From Candidatus Kapaibacterium sp. (lineage in GTDB: Bacteria; Bacteroidota; Ignavibacteria; Kapaibacteriales; UBA4661): a stretch of DNA of 64,000 nt. Location of the stretch: NCBI GenBank assembly GCA_025055035.1, contig JANWZB010000002.1, positions 3,000 to 66,999 on the forward strand. The letters run 5' to 3'. The notes beneath the pieces are model-generated. The model saw nothing but the letters and a program-made list of their open reading frames with translations, ran no database searches and was not told the origin of the DNA. This document shows, piece by piece, positions 10,610-21,251 of this stretch (the stretch's first letter is position 1; each line of letters opens with the position of its first letter). A program made the position numbers and the translations under genes.

Positions 10610-11236
10610 ATGAGGCTATACCTCTTTTTTGCTTCTCTTGTTCGCACACTCGTCATAGGTGGATTGGCACAGGTCCTTCTATCATGCAAGAATGAAAAAC
10701 TAGATTTAGTACCTTCTTCCAAGAAGCCTTGGAAAACTATCCCAAACGTTGCAGTACAAACGCTGAGTGGCGACACAATACATCTCTCAGCACTATGCAA
10801 GCTGCAACCTGTCCTGCTATCGGTATATCTTGGTACTGGTTGTCCTATGTGCGTAGTGTCTATGAAACAACTATCCCAGCATGCCTATCGCTATAGAAGT
10901 TATGGCTGGAGAGTGCTTGGTTTGAGCAATGATTCTCCAGAGAGCAATCGCCGAGCACTTGCTGAACCTCGTCTCGATAGTAGTTTTATACAACCGGGTG
11001 GTGAGTTTGAGGTGGAGCTTCTTTCAGATTTTGACCATAATGCTATGGAGGCTCTAGGCTGTTATCGGCGTCATCTCGATACAGAGCGGCATGGACTTTT
11101 CCTGATTGATACAGCAGGATATATTCGATTTGAATATATCGACAAACGCCCTTTTCAGAATTGGTCTGCACTTACAGACACTATGAAAGCAATCTTTTTT
11201 AAACTGCATTCCCCCCATCCTAGAACACCATCCTAG
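10610..11236 (+). CDS. Redoxin/AhpC-TSA-family thiol-disulfide oxidoreductase lipoprotein
   Basis: Lipoprotein signal (MRLYLFFASLVRTLVIGGLAQVLLSC) followed by a thioredoxin-fold region (LSVYLGTGCPMCV). Sits in tandem after bcp. Confidence 0.65.
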   Translation: MRLYLFFASLVRTLVIGGLAQVLLSCKNEKLDLVPSSKKPWKTIPNVAVQTLSGDTIHLSALCKLQPVLLSVYLGTGCPMCVVSMKQLSQHAYRYRSYGWRVLGLSNDSPESNRRALAEPRLDSSFIQPGGEFEVELLSDFDHNAMEALGCYRRHLDTERHGLFLIDTAGYIRFEYIDKRPFQNWSALTDTMKAIFFKLHSPHPRTPS

Positions 11237-11302
11237 AACAGTACATCACAGAGATTAGTAGCCTTTTGCATCATTTTGTGTTATTGAGGAGAACTAGTTA
11301 CC

Positions 11303-13891
11303 ATGACAAAACAGCTACGACCATCATCGAAGCGCTCCACTCAAAGTCGTCGCCGAATTACTTCACCACAGTCGCTTATACCGGAGCGATACCATACTGC
11401 AATCTATATTGCAATACTTGCTGCGTCAGTCTTATTGTTTCTTCGCGGCACGCTCTTCGGTAGTGGAGTTTTTTTCGCATCCGACAACATAGCTTCGGGA
11501 AGCTTTATCCCGTTTTTAGAAGCAGCAAAGAAAAGCGGGGAGTACCCTTTATGGATGCCATATATCTTTTCTGGGCTGCCAAGCTATGCAGCTCTCTTAA
11601 CCACTGGTGAACGCTGGTGGGACATCATTATGCTTGTGTTCAACACTCTCTCGCGGAGCTTTGGTGCACTATTTGGAAGTGATGCAGCGCGTGTAGGACT
11701 ATTTTACATCCTTTACGGCATTGGAATATACATACTCATGCGCAGCAAGGCACACAGCCGATTTGTCGCGTTTTTTGCAGCGTTCTCCGCCATATTCTCA
11801 ACGTTTATCATTGTGTGGGTTGTGATTGGTCATAATACAAAGCCTATGGCTCTCATGACCTTTCCATATATCTTGCTCTTTCTTGAAAAGCTGCGCGAAC
11901 GATTCTCTCTGTTATTCGCAGTTCTTCTCGTCATTGCTGTTCATATCCTTATTGAATCAACACACGTGCAAATGGTCTTTTATGGGCTATGCTGTGTAAG
12001 CTTATACCTTCTTATTGAAGCAATAAACCGCCTTGTCAATAAGCAATCGGTTGCTGGGGTCGCAAGGGCAGCAGGAGTCATGATTATTGCTGGCGGATTA
12101 TCTTTCGCTATGGCAGCAGACCGATACTTATCTGTCCTTGAGTATACACCCTATTCAACGCGCGGTACTGCACCAATAGAGAAAACAGCAGGTCAGAAGC
12201 AGGATGAGAGTGGAGGATTCGACTATGAATATGCAACGAATTGGTCTTTTAGTCCGCAAGAAATGATAACGTTTCTTGTTCCCAACTACTTTGGCTTTGG
12301 GAAAATGACAATTAATGGTGAAATGCAAAATACCTACTGGGGGCAAATGCCGTTTACCGACGCTGCAAACTATATGGGGATTGGTGTGCTCACTCTAGCA
12401 ATTTTCGGTGCGTGGTACTGGCGGCGTGATACGTTTGTCCAGTTCCTTGTCGTAATGGCAGTTTTTGCTCTACTTCTCTCTTTTGGGAAAAACATGCCTC
12501 TTGTGTATAACATGTTTTTCTACGGCATTCCAAACTTCAACAAATTCCGTGCTCCCCAAATGGCACTTGCTCTGACACAGTTTGCTGTACCTATTTTAGC
12601 AGGCTACGGGATAACTGGCATACTGCAGCAGCGATCCTTAAATGACCAGAAGCGGCAGCGTGTTATTCAGCAGCGATGGCTTGTAGTTGGTGTTGGCGGC
12701 GCAGTCCTGTTCTTGCTTATAGGCTTTACATTTAGCATAGTAGGCAAAGAACCTTATATCAATGCTGTTTCTGCAGCTACTACAGAGCAATATCAGGCAA
12801 TTCTCACACAAGTTCGTGATAACCCGCAGCAGCTAGCAGCATACAAAGAGCGTATTGCACAACTTGCTCGGGAACGGGGAAAACAAATCTACCAGCTCAT
12901 GATCGACGACTGGTACACAACAGCGCTACTCGGATTTTTTTTCATGCTAGCAGCTTGGCTTCTTGTTCGTGGTACTCTTTCTACTGCTGTTGCTTTCGTA
13001 GTATTTGGGATTCTTCTAGCTATAGACCTATGGCGAGTAGCAGTGCGTCCAATCGAGATATCATCGCAGCGCTATGAACAAACAGTGTTCCGTAAAACAG
13101 ATGTCATCTCTTTTCTCCAACAAGATACAACCCTCTTTCGCGTAGCAGATTTCAGCCAAGCACCCAACATCATGGCGTACTTTGGAATACAGCATGTGCA
13201 TGGTTATCATTCAGCGAAGCTCCGTGTATATCAAGATCTTCTCGATGTTGCTGGGAAGGGTGGAGGTTCTGTTATTGCCAATCCATTTCTGTGGAATCTC
13301 ATGAATGTAAAATACCTAGTTTCGGAGCGCCCAATACTTGAAGGCATGCAGCCTGTGTTCAAATCTCAAGAAACTCCGCTGCTTGTGTACGAAAATCCTT
13401 CTGTTTTACCTAGAGCTTTTTTCGTTAACCGCGTGGAAGTTGCTCCGCAAATAGCTATTTTGCACCACCTCAGAGATGGAGACTTTGCTCCCCTAGAACT
13501 CGCATACCTTGAGCAACCACTCACACAGCCTATAGATACTATACCCGGTGACATAATGGAGCACATTAATCGAGTGCAGCTTTTAAAATACAACAACCAA
13601 TATATTGCGTTCAAGGTCAATGCATCTGGTAATAATTTTCTCTTTGCAAGCGAGGTGTACTATCCAGCAGGTTGGAGAGCATATATTGATGGAAAAGAAA
13701 CACCTATTTTCAAAACAAACTATGCATTTCGTGGTGTCATTGTTCCTCAAGGTACACATACAGTCGAAATGCGCTTTTTCTCAGAGCGTTTTATCATTGG
13801 GAAGAATATAAGCCTTGCCTGCAACCTTTTTGTTCTTGCTCTACTAGGAGTAAGCATATGGCAGTGGAGAAAACATGACACTCTATACTGA
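11303..13891 (+). CDS. YfhO-family polytopic membrane protein (glycosyltransferase-like)
   Basis: 862 aa with many TM helices and a large C-terminal extracytoplasmic domain. GAGGAG SD upstream. Stop is TGA. Confidence 0.65.
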   Translation: MTKQLRPSSKRSTQSRRRITSPQSLIPERYHTAIYIAILAASVLLFLRGTLFGSGVFFASDNIASGSFIPFLEAAKKSGEYPLWMPYIFSGLPSYAALLTTGERWWDIIMLVFNTLSRSFGALFGSDAARVGLFYILYGIGIYILMRSKAHSRFVAFFAAFSAIFSTFIIVWVVIGHNTKPMALMTFPYILLFLEKLRERFSLLFAVLLVIAVHILIESTHVQMVFYGLCCVSLYLLIEAINRLVNKQSVAGVARAAGVMIIAGGLSFAMAADRYLSVLEYTPYSTRGTAPIEKTAGQKQDESGGFDYEYATNWSFSPQEMITFLVPNYFGFGKMTINGEMQNTYWGQMPFTDAANYMGIGVLTLAIFGAWYWRRDTFVQFLVVMAVFALLLSFGKNMPLVYNMFFYGIPNFNKFRAPQMALALTQFAVPILAGYGITGILQQRSLNDQKRQRVIQQRWLVVGVGGAVLFLLIGFTFSIVGKEPYINAVSAATTEQYQAILTQVRDNPQQLAAYKERIAQLARERGKQIYQLMIDDWYTTALLGFFFMLAAWLLVRGTLSTAVAFVVFGILLAIDLWRVAVRPIEISSQRYEQTVFRKTDVISFLQQDTTLFRVADFSQAPNIMAYFGIQHVHGYHSAKLRVYQDLLDVAGKGGGSVIANPFLWNLMNVKYLVSERPILEGMQPVFKSQETPLLVYENPSVLPRAFFVNRVEVAPQIAILHHLRDGDFAPLELAYLEQPLTQPIDTIPGDIMEHINRVQLLKYNNQYIAFKVNASGNNFLFASEVYYPAGWRAYIDGKETPIFKTNYAFRGVIVPQGTHTVEMRFFSERFIIGKNISLACNLFVLALLGVSIWQWRKHDTLY

Positions 13892-14537
13892 CCAATCAAG
13901 CTCTGAGTTTGTAAGCTTTTCTCTAGCTAACATTGAAAACAGGCGCGACTCAGGTACAGTAAGTTTCTAAGCCGACACTATTTCAGCTGGTTCGTTCCTA
14001 TAATGGATTTGACCAGCTACAGATGAAATTGAAATACTGTAGCTACACAGCATACAAAGTCAATCTAAGAATCATCTGAGTACAAAGCTATGATGAACTT
14101 CCTACTACCTATAGAGCTGTTCCTTTCAAGGTGTCGGCAGCTTCAGATTACAGCTATTGTTCTTATAATGTAGTATAGCTTTTTTAATCCTGGGTTCTTG
14201 TGCTATTGTGCAGCAGATCACAGGAATAGACATGCCGCCACCTGACAACTACCGGCCACGGTTTATTAAAGCAACACGCACATTTTCTTTGGACAATTTA
14301 GACGATGCAGTACTAGAAAATAAGCCGAATAGAACCCGTTGCCGCAACAAAAGTAAAAGTATACATGCATCTGATTGATTCCAACGGTACTACCTTACTG
14401 GCGCATGTTCAAACGCACACAAAAAGATATGGTGCGAAGTCATTGACCACGTCGATGGAGTTCACCAGACCATTAAAACATTTACCGTTCGTGAGTTCAG
14501 CAAAGCTGAGCGTAAGCCTCAGGCTATTGCCTTAGTA

Positions 14538-16214
14538 ATGGATTTTAGCGGTTCAATGGGTGAAGGTAGAGCAAATGCTGTCCAGCAGGCAGCATACAAC
14601 TTCATCACTCAAGTCAAGCAGCCTAACGATGCTGTTACTCTCATCAAGTATGATCACCAAGTGTCTATAGAAGCACCTTTGACAACAGACAACAAATTGC
14701 TCATCCAGAATCTTCTTGCAAAAAAGGGCTTAGAAGGATATGGTGGTCAAACAGCAACTTTCTCAGGAATTGCTCAAGGAATTCGTGAGTTAACAAAATC
14801 TACTCCTTCACAGCAGCGCGTTGTTATTGTCTTTACTGATGGCGATTACAACGCATCACAGGTTTCGAAAGACGATGTCATTCGTTTCGCTCGCGAGACA
14901 AATACGATTATCTGTGCAATCGATTTTGGATATAGCATTGGTACTAATCTACTAGAGGAAATATCACGTAAAACCAATGGCACATATCATCACATCTATA
15001 ACCGCTCAGAGTTTGATCTAGTGTTTAAAGACATTTACCGCCGATTTGAACAGTACTATCTTCTGGAGCTTGAACAATCGGACTTCGGAACTCACACTAT
15101 TTCCGTAAAGCTGTGCCCACCACAGCAAATCTCATCATCCTTTGCCAATATAAGAGCAACTGGATACTATGATAATACTCCATATCCGGGATCTGTCTCT
15201 CTTCTTAATGTGTTCTTCGATGCTGATAAATCAGTACTCAGACCAGAATCGGAAAAAGCTATTAACCAACTTCTAAACCTGATGCAACGCGACACTAGCA
15301 TAATTATAGAATTACGTGGTCATACTGACTCGCAGAATAGTACCAAAGACCCTCAGCATAACTTAAAACTATCACAGCGGAGAGCTGAGGCAGTACGCGA
15401 TGCTCTTATCAAGCAGGGCATCAGACCAGAACGTATCTTTGCAAAAGGATTCGGCGACTCTCAGCTCGTTGCAAGCAATGCAACGCCAGAAGGGCGTGCC
15501 CAAAACCGACGCACAGAGTTTGCTATTCTAGGACAAAGCTGCAGAGCCCGTATCGACTCATTGCTTAACTTACCCCCAAAACGTATTGAAGCCGGATTAA
15601 TACAGCCATACCCAAACAGCAATCTTTCCTCATTACCACTACCCTCTTGCAAACAAGAACCAGAATCTATTTCATCTTTTGAATACCAAGTATGGCAAGA
15701 AATCAATCTTGCTCGTACCAACCCAAAGAAATATGCCACTTATATCAAAGAGTACGCTCAGCAACTACACTATCCCTTACGCGAAGGACCAAGCATTATT
15801 GAAGAGGCAATTTCCTATATGGATACTATATCGCCTCGTCCGCCACTTCCCCTTGCAGGATGCTTATGCCTAGCTGCTCGCGACCATGTAAATGACACCG
15901 GACCCAAAGGTATTTGGGGACACTCTGGCTCCGATGGAAGCGATCCCTTATCTCGCTCAAAGCGTTATATAAATGGATATGCATGGGCTTGTGAGAACGT
16001 TTCGTATGGGCAGACTACTCCTCGTAATGTCGTTATTCAGCTCCTTGTGGATGACGGTGTCCCATCTCGTGGCCATCGGCAAAGCGTCATGTACCATCTC
16101 AATAAAGCTGTTGGCATTGCAGCTGGCACTCACTCTCAGTATGGAACAATGTGTGTAATAGTTTTTTCTCTACAGGAAATCAATGGTCTTAAAACACTCC
16201 CTATCAAAGACTAA
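14538..16214 (+). CDS. vWA–OmpA_C–CAP(SCP/PR-1) three-domain protein; N-terminus apparently disrupted
   Basis: vWA MIDAS LVMDFSGSM...TDGD. OmpA_C ELRGHTDSQNS...NRRTEF. CAP/YkwD-like C-terminus (GHRQSVMYHLNKAVGIAAG). No signal peptide follows ATG 14538. The upstream in-frame sequence continues the vWA beta-strand but carries a TGA at 14376. Confidence 0.75.
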   Translation: MDFSGSMGEGRANAVQQAAYNFITQVKQPNDAVTLIKYDHQVSIEAPLTTDNKLLIQNLLAKKGLEGYGGQTATFSGIAQGIRELTKSTPSQQRVVIVFTDGDYNASQVSKDDVIRFARETNTIICAIDFGYSIGTNLLEEISRKTNGTYHHIYNRSEFDLVFKDIYRRFEQYYLLELEQSDFGTHTISVKLCPPQQISSSFANIRATGYYDNTPYPGSVSLLNVFFDADKSVLRPESEKAINQLLNLMQRDTSIIIELRGHTDSQNSTKDPQHNLKLSQRRAEAVRDALIKQGIRPERIFAKGFGDSQLVASNATPEGRAQNRRTEFAILGQSCRARIDSLLNLPPKRIEAGLIQPYPNSNLSSLPLPSCKQEPESISSFEYQVWQEINLARTNPKKYATYIKEYAQQLHYPLREGPSIIEEAISYMDTISPRPPLPLAGCLCLAARDHVNDTGPKGIWGHSGSDGSDPLSRSKRYINGYAWACENVSYGQTTPRNVVIQLLVDDGVPSRGHRQSVMYHLNKAVGIAAGTHSQYGTMCVIVFSLQEINGLKTLPIKD

Positions 16215-16226
16215 TGCATCCGAAAC

Positions 16227-17621
16227 TTAGTACTTGTCAGAATGCCAAATTGAGGCAAGCTCCTTATAAAACAGAGCGGAAGCAAGAATTCCGCGGTACA
16301 AATTCTTAAGAGTGAAGTGTTCATCAGGTGAGTGAGGATTTTCGGTATTAAGACCTACACCCATAAGTACAACAGGAGCATTCAGAATATCTTGAAACAA
16401 CAGAACAATAGGAATAGATCCTCCCTCACGCGTTAAGAATGGCTTTTTGCCAAATGCTTGCTCCATAGCACGCATCGCCGCTTGTATTCCTTTGCTTCTA
16501 GTAGGCGTAATAACTGGACGACCACCATGCAGTGCTCGCACGCGCACGCGCACGGTTGGGGGAGCAATCTGGACTACATACTTTTCGAACTTGTGGGCAA
16601 TGTCCTGAGGATTTTGATTCGGAACAAGCCTCATGGACACTTTCGCATACGCCTTAGAGGGCAATACCGTTTTTGCTCCTTCTCCCGTGTATCCACCCCA
16701 TAGACCATTCACATCAAGCGAAGGGCGAGCAGAAGTTTTTTCGAGCGTAGAATACCCAAACTCACCATCAGTTGCTGGAATTTCTAACTCTCGGCAATAT
16801 TCCTCTTCATTATGAGGAAGGGAGCGATATTGCTCACGTTCTTCGTCTGTCAATGGTATAACATCGTCATAGAATCCGGGTATTGTGATACGACCGTAGC
16901 TATCCGTCAAAGCAGCAAGAATTTTCGCAAGAGCATTTGCAGGATTTGCTACAGCCCCCCCAAATACACCAGAATGCAGGTCTCTATTGGGTCCTGTCAC
17001 CTCTATTTCCATGTAGCACAGTCCTCGCAAGCCGTAGCATATAGAAGGCACCTCATCGGCAAACATTGCTGTGTCAGAAATTAAGACAGTATCAGCAGCT
17101 AGCATATGCAATTTCTCGCGAAGAAACTTTTCAAGGTGTACGCTTCCTATTTCCTCCTCTCCTTCAATTAGGACTTTGACATTCACAGGTAGTTCCCGTA
17201 TTACCTTTGTATGTATCTCCAAAGCTTTGAGCTGCATAAACACTTGTCCTTTATCGTCTACTGCACCACGAGCATATATTTTCCCATCACGTACGGTAGG
17301 TTCAAATGGTGGATTTGTCCATAGATTGAGAGGATCGGTAGGTTGGACATCATAGTGCCCATAAAAAAGGACTGTCGGAGCATTGTCGCCTGCATGAATA
17401 TAGTCGCCATAGACCACAGGGTGACCTTCTGTGGGAAAGATTTGTACGTTTTCCAAACCAACTGCTTTCGCTGCGTGAGCAAGCCACTCGGCACACTGGT
17501 AAACATCATTCGCATGCTGCGGTGAGGTACTAATGCTCGAAATACGCAAAAACTCCTTGAGCTCTTCAATGTATCTTGTTTGCTGCTGTTCAATGTATTG
17601 TTGTAGTGCTGCGTTATCCAT
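16227..17621 (-). CDS. M20-family metallopeptidase (dipeptidase / ArgE-DapE-CPG2 clan)
   Basis: 464 aa with HYDVQP, GAVDDKGQ and EGEEEIGS motifs typical of M20 metal-binding residues. Confidence 0.8.
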   Translation of the reverse strand: MDNAALQQYIEQQQTRYIEELKEFLRISSISTSPQHANDVYQCAEWLAHAAKAVGLENVQIFPTEGHPVVYGDYIHAGDNAPTVLFYGHYDVQPTDPLNLWTNPPFEPTVRDGKIYARGAVDDKGQVFMQLKALEIHTKVIRELPVNVKVLIEGEEEIGSVHLEKFLREKLHMLAADTVLISDTAMFADEVPSICYGLRGLCYMEIEVTGPNRDLHSGVFGGAVANPANALAKILAALTDSYGRITIPGFYDDVIPLTDEEREQYRSLPHNEEEYCRELEIPATDGEFGYSTLEKTSARPSLDVNGLWGGYTGEGAKTVLPSKAYAKVSMRLVPNQNPQDIAHKFEKYVVQIAPPTVRVRVRALHGGRPVITPTRSKGIQAAMRAMEQAFGKKPFLTREGGSIPIVLLFQDILNAPVVLMGVGLNTENPHSPDEHFTLKNLYRGILASALFYKELASIWHSDKY

Positions 17622-17642
17622 GACTTACTTGTAGCAAGAAGA

Positions 17643-18143
17643 TGTGGAAAACTTGGTGAAAAACTTCTATTCTTGTGGAAAAGTTAAGGTGATTAACGAT
17701 TACCACTTCTTTTTCTTTCAAATGTTTCCTGTGCTAACTTACTATCTTATGTTCGCTATGCTCTTATCACATTGTGTAAGCATCGGAGTGCAAGATACTT
17801 CTATGCCAGTGAATAACCAAGATGAGTTTTACACATATCTCTATAGCTACGTTTTCCACATATTTTCCACCTATGTGAAAAACTTTGTGGATATACGGCA
17901 GGAAAGCTTTTGAAAAACTTCGGACTTTTTCTGGCAAAATCAATCTGATGTCTATTTTTCAACTTTCCATGAGCATAACTTTCACTCTAATTAACATTAT
18001 ACACACAACCTTCACTACGCTTTGCTACGCTATAAGTTTCTGTTATGTATTAGCTATTAGGAAGTTTACACAGCGTTTTCCACTTTTCCACAGTGTAAAC
18101 TTTTAGTACAATGTCTCATATATGCTTATATCATATATGCTTA
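17643..18143. promoter_or_regulatory. AT-rich intergenic region with seven DnaA-box-like 9-mers and a tandem 13-mer repeat (candidate oriC-like/DnaA-regulated element)
   Basis: TGTGGAAAA at 17643 and 17674. TTTTCCACA at 17852. TTTTCCACC at 17863. TGTGGATAT at 17886. TTTTCCACT at 18076. TTTTCCACA at 18084. Tandem TCATATATGCTTA at 18116-18128 and 18131-18143. Only low-complexity short ORFs here. Confidence 0.5.
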
Positions 18144-18282
18144 GACATACCAACATGTGCAATGCTTTTCTAGGCAGAATCTGACTAGAGGAACTGCTAA
18201 ATCTTGTATTTTTGCAGTAAAACAGCCCCAATTATTATACTACATACCACGCTGTATCACAATTCTACAACTTTACAACACT

Positions 18283-19668
18283 ATGGGAGAAGTATCCATA
18301 AGAGTAGTACTATTCTTTGTGATTGTTGGAGCAGTGCAGCTACTTCTAGATTGCATTGTATTATACTCATGGCGGTTGTACATACAACGCAAGCGCTGGT
18401 CTTCGCTGCTGTACACACTGCCAACACTTGTCGGAGTAGCAATGTTTATCCTATTTCCCGTGACAGTCTATTTGCGTTATACTGAGCTTCATCCAAGTCC
18501 TCTCAACAAGGCTCTACACAAACTGCTAGCAGTATGGTATGTACCCAAAGTACCTATTGCACTATTCATTCTTGGTTACTTCGGTGCACAAGCACTTCTC
18601 AATCGCTGGGGTGCAAAGATCGTTGCAGCACTTGAGTACCTGATAGAGAATACTCGAGCTGTTTCATTATTGCTAGTGCATCGCCTACATATGCACCGAG
18701 TAATAGCTTCGAAGGAACAGAAGCAGCGCAATCAGATACATAGCATAGAACGGCGTAAACTCCTAACATCATGTGTTCGCATAGGTACGTACGCTATAGC
18801 ATCTTCACCGCTAGTTGTGATAGGAAGAGATGCCATCAGCCTAGTTTATGACTTTGATGTCCAGCGTGTTACAATTCCTATACGCAACCTTCCCTCACAA
18901 TGGGAGGGCGTAACAATAGCTCAGATATCTGATATTCATGCTGGTTCCTTTTTCTCTGATAAGCCTATACAGGAAGTTTGTCGTATCATTGAGTCTCTTC
19001 GACCTGATGTGGTTGTTGTTACAGGAGATTGGGTAAATTGGAGAGCTTCTGAACTAAAGCTATTGTACCCTCACATTCAGCGTTTGTGCCGCTTTGCTCA
19101 GTCTTCTGCTCGGCTAGGATTGTGGGGTTGTCTAGGTAACCACGATCATTACTCTCATGGAGCTCAGCACCAAGCTCTGTTGAGCACTCTGCACTCTATG
19201 GGAGTAAAACTCCTTATTAACCAAAACGTTACATTAAAAGTTGATGGAGCGAAATTACAACTTGCTGGAATTGATAATATTGGGTTACGGCAAAATTACG
19301 GTCGGCTAGACAAAGCGCTAGAAGGCTTAGCACCAGACTTCCCAACTATACTGATGGCACATGATCCAACGTTTTGGGATGGCTATATTTGTGCAAAGCC
19401 TTTTTGTACAGAAACTGGAGAAATTCTTGTTGACGTGACGCTATCGGGACATACACATGGTGGTCAAATAGGGGTAAATGTATTGGGCAATAGTATCACA
19501 CCAGTACACTTCCTATATAAGTATTGCGCTGGGTTGTACAGCGATGAACATGGTTTGGGACAGCACATTTATGTCAATCGTGGGATAGGAACAACTGGGA
19601 TTCCAGTACGTATCGGTATCGCCCCAGAAATTACTCTGATAACCCTGAAAAAATTAGCAAGCACATAA
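18283..19668 (+). CDS. Membrane-anchored calcineurin-like metallophosphoesterase (YkuE-like)
   Basis: N-terminal TM helices, then DIHAG...GDWVN...GNHD...GHTHGG phosphoesterase motifs. Start taken at the internal Met (MGEVSIRVV). Confidence 0.7.
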   Translation: MGEVSIRVVLFFVIVGAVQLLLDCIVLYSWRLYIQRKRWSSLLYTLPTLVGVAMFILFPVTVYLRYTELHPSPLNKALHKLLAVWYVPKVPIALFILGYFGAQALLNRWGAKIVAALEYLIENTRAVSLLLVHRLHMHRVIASKEQKQRNQIHSIERRKLLTSCVRIGTYAIASSPLVVIGRDAISLVYDFDVQRVTIPIRNLPSQWEGVTIAQISDIHAGSFFSDKPIQEVCRIIESLRPDVVVVTGDWVNWRASELKLLYPHIQRLCRFAQSSARLGLWGCLGNHDHYSHGAQHQALLSTLHSMGVKLLINQNVTLKVDGAKLQLAGIDNIGLRQNYGRLDKALEGLAPDFPTILMAHDPTFWDGYICAKPFCTETGEILVDVTLSGHTHGGQIGVNVLGNSITPVHFLYKYCAGLYSDEHGLGQHIYVNRGIGTTGIPVRIGIAPEITLITLKKLAST

Positions 19669-19697
19669 TTTTGTGTCTTTAATATAAAAATGCAAAA

Positions 19698-19724
19698 CTG
19701 CTTCTAGTTTTTTCCTAGAAGCAG
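19698..19724. terminator. Bidirectional rho-independent terminator hairpin (10-bp perfect stem CTGCTTCTAG/CTAGAAGCAG)
   Basis: Lies between the convergent phosphoesterase gene and tRNA-Asn. A U-tract follows on the minus-strand side. Confidence 0.6.
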
Positions 19725-19749
19725 TTCGGTTATATAATGTTCCAGCAAG

Positions 19750-19823
19750 CTCCGGAAGCAGGGCTTGAACCTGCGACCCTCTGATTAACAGTCAGATGCT
19801 CTAACCAGCTGAGCTATTCCGGA
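19750..19823 (-). tRNA. tRNA-Asn (anticodon GTT)
   Basis: Reverse complement is TCCGGAATAGCTCAGCTGGTTAGAGCATCTGACTGTTAATCAGAGGGTCGCAGGTTCAAGCCCTGCTTCCGGAG. It forms a perfect 7-bp acceptor and an anticodon loop CUGUUAA. CCA is not encoded. Confidence 0.9.
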
Positions 19824-19893
19824 AAATAGCGCGTACTGTACACATAGCCCACAAATATATGCCTTTTCTATAGCAAAGTCAAGAACTTTTTTG

Positions 19894-20541
19894 CTATGGC
19901 AACATGTGCTGTTTGATAGATGGATCGGTGGACGGTGGATAAGATGTACTGCCTCGGATAGTTCCTAGGTCTTTTTGCATAAACCCAAAAATACTTCCAC
20001 AAATACCACCTAGAATATGAGCAAACTGTGATACATTGTCAGCTTTCAGCGAATTATATACCTCTCGTCCTAAATATAAGACTAGGACAATAACAAATGT
20101 TAGGGGAATGTATCCCTGTCGCAGATTAGCGAAAGAGCTGAGCAAAATCATCATAAACACAATCCCACTTGCTCCCATAAGTCCTGTTGTGAACAGAAGA
20201 TTATTCAAAACAGCTGTAACGACAGCAGTGGTGATAATCATGACAAGCATTGATTGAGAGCTGTATTTTTCCTCTAAGAGAGGTCCGATAAGCAAAATAA
20301 CAGAGAGATTTCCAAACAAATGTTCCCAGCTAGCATGACCGAATATGTGGGAAAATAATCGGAAATAAGTCATGATATCAGTCCACGAGGAATGAGGATA
20401 CGTTGCAAAAAACATTTGTCCGAGAGTACCACCTGTAAAATTACTTGCAATCATAACCCCAGCAGAGACTAGGGCAAAAGTCAGGACAACAGGGGAATTA
20501 TAATCAAGTTTCATGAACCTTACACTCAGCTGAAATGGCAC
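19894..20541 (-). CDS. Rhomboid-family intramembrane serine protease
   Basis: Six to seven TM helices. A GASG (GxSG) serine motif and a His in a later helix (AHILGG). Confidence 0.75.
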   Translation of the reverse strand: MPFQLSVRFMKLDYNSPVVLTFALVSAGVMIASNFTGGTLGQMFFATYPHSSWTDIMTYFRLFSHIFGHASWEHLFGNLSVILLIGPLLEEKYSSQSMLVMIITTAVVTAVLNNLLFTTGLMGASGIVFMMILLSSFANLRQGYIPLTFVIVLVLYLGREVYNSLKADNVSQFAHILGGICGSIFGFMQKDLGTIRGSTSYPPSTDPSIKQHMLP

Positions 20542-20552
20542 AAAATTAAAAA

Positions 20553-21224
20553 TTACACAATTTGTGGCATAAAAGGCAAGCTAGACTTTAGAAATAGTAG
20601 GAAAGAGCCAGAATGTAGATAAATCGTTACAGTATGATGGCGAGCTTGGTTTCTCGCGCCTTCTCGCTTGCCGAGAGCGAGAGTTTCGTTCGACAGATTC
20701 CACATTAGACCGTGAGTCGTAAGAGTAGCTTCCGGTTGTGGAATAAGGGAAAGCATTTCTCCAGGCTGTACTGAAAACTGTACCGATTCGTATACAGGAA
20801 GAGCAGTGGTACCGTTGTCGTATATAGCTATGCGCATAGTTTTCCCATAGCGCATAAGAATACTCCAGTTGTTTAAAGTATGGTCAAATTCTCCTCCGTG
20901 AAGACCAATCACTATAATTGACGAATATCCACGAGAGCGTACAAAATCAAGCGTTTTCTCGAAGTCAGTAGTATCTTGACTCGATTGTTCTTCTATAAAA
21001 ACGTGCTCACATTGTTCCCAATATATACGTTCTTGTGCCACGGAGTCTAAATCTCCAACAATGTACTGAGGAATGATACCTATATCTCGAAGTTTCAGAG
21101 ATGCACCGTCAGCTGCAGCTATAGGAAGTAAACGTAGGCATTCAAAATCTTCCTGATGCGGTAAGGTACCGTTTAGACAGACTACGATATCAGGTACAAC
21201 AAGCTTGAGGGTCTTTACAGACAT
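20553..21224 (-). CDS. Thiamine pyrophosphokinase
   Basis: N-terminal catalytic domain with the IVGDLDS signature, plus a C-terminal thiamine-binding domain. 223 aa. Confidence 0.7.
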   Translation of the reverse strand: MSVKTLKLVVPDIVVCLNGTLPHQEDFECLRLLPIAAADGASLKLRDIGIIPQYIVGDLDSVAQERIYWEQCEHVFIEEQSSQDTTDFEKTLDFVRSRGYSSIIVIGLHGGEFDHTLNNWSILMRYGKTMRIAIYDNGTTALPVYESVQFSVQPGEMLSLIPQPEATLTTHGLMWNLSNETLALGKREGARNQARHHTVTIYLHSGSFLLFLKSSLPFMPQIV

Positions 21225-21251
21225 GATGAATAATGTTTCACGTGAAACATT

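Noticed and set aside
17644-18106. ORFs 17644..17913 and 17885..18106 (89 and 73 aa) in the six-frame track
   Set aside because: They lie in an AT-rich region with low-complexity, Phe/Tyr-rich translations, no SD, overlap with the DnaA-box array, and no recognisable domain. Most likely non-coding.
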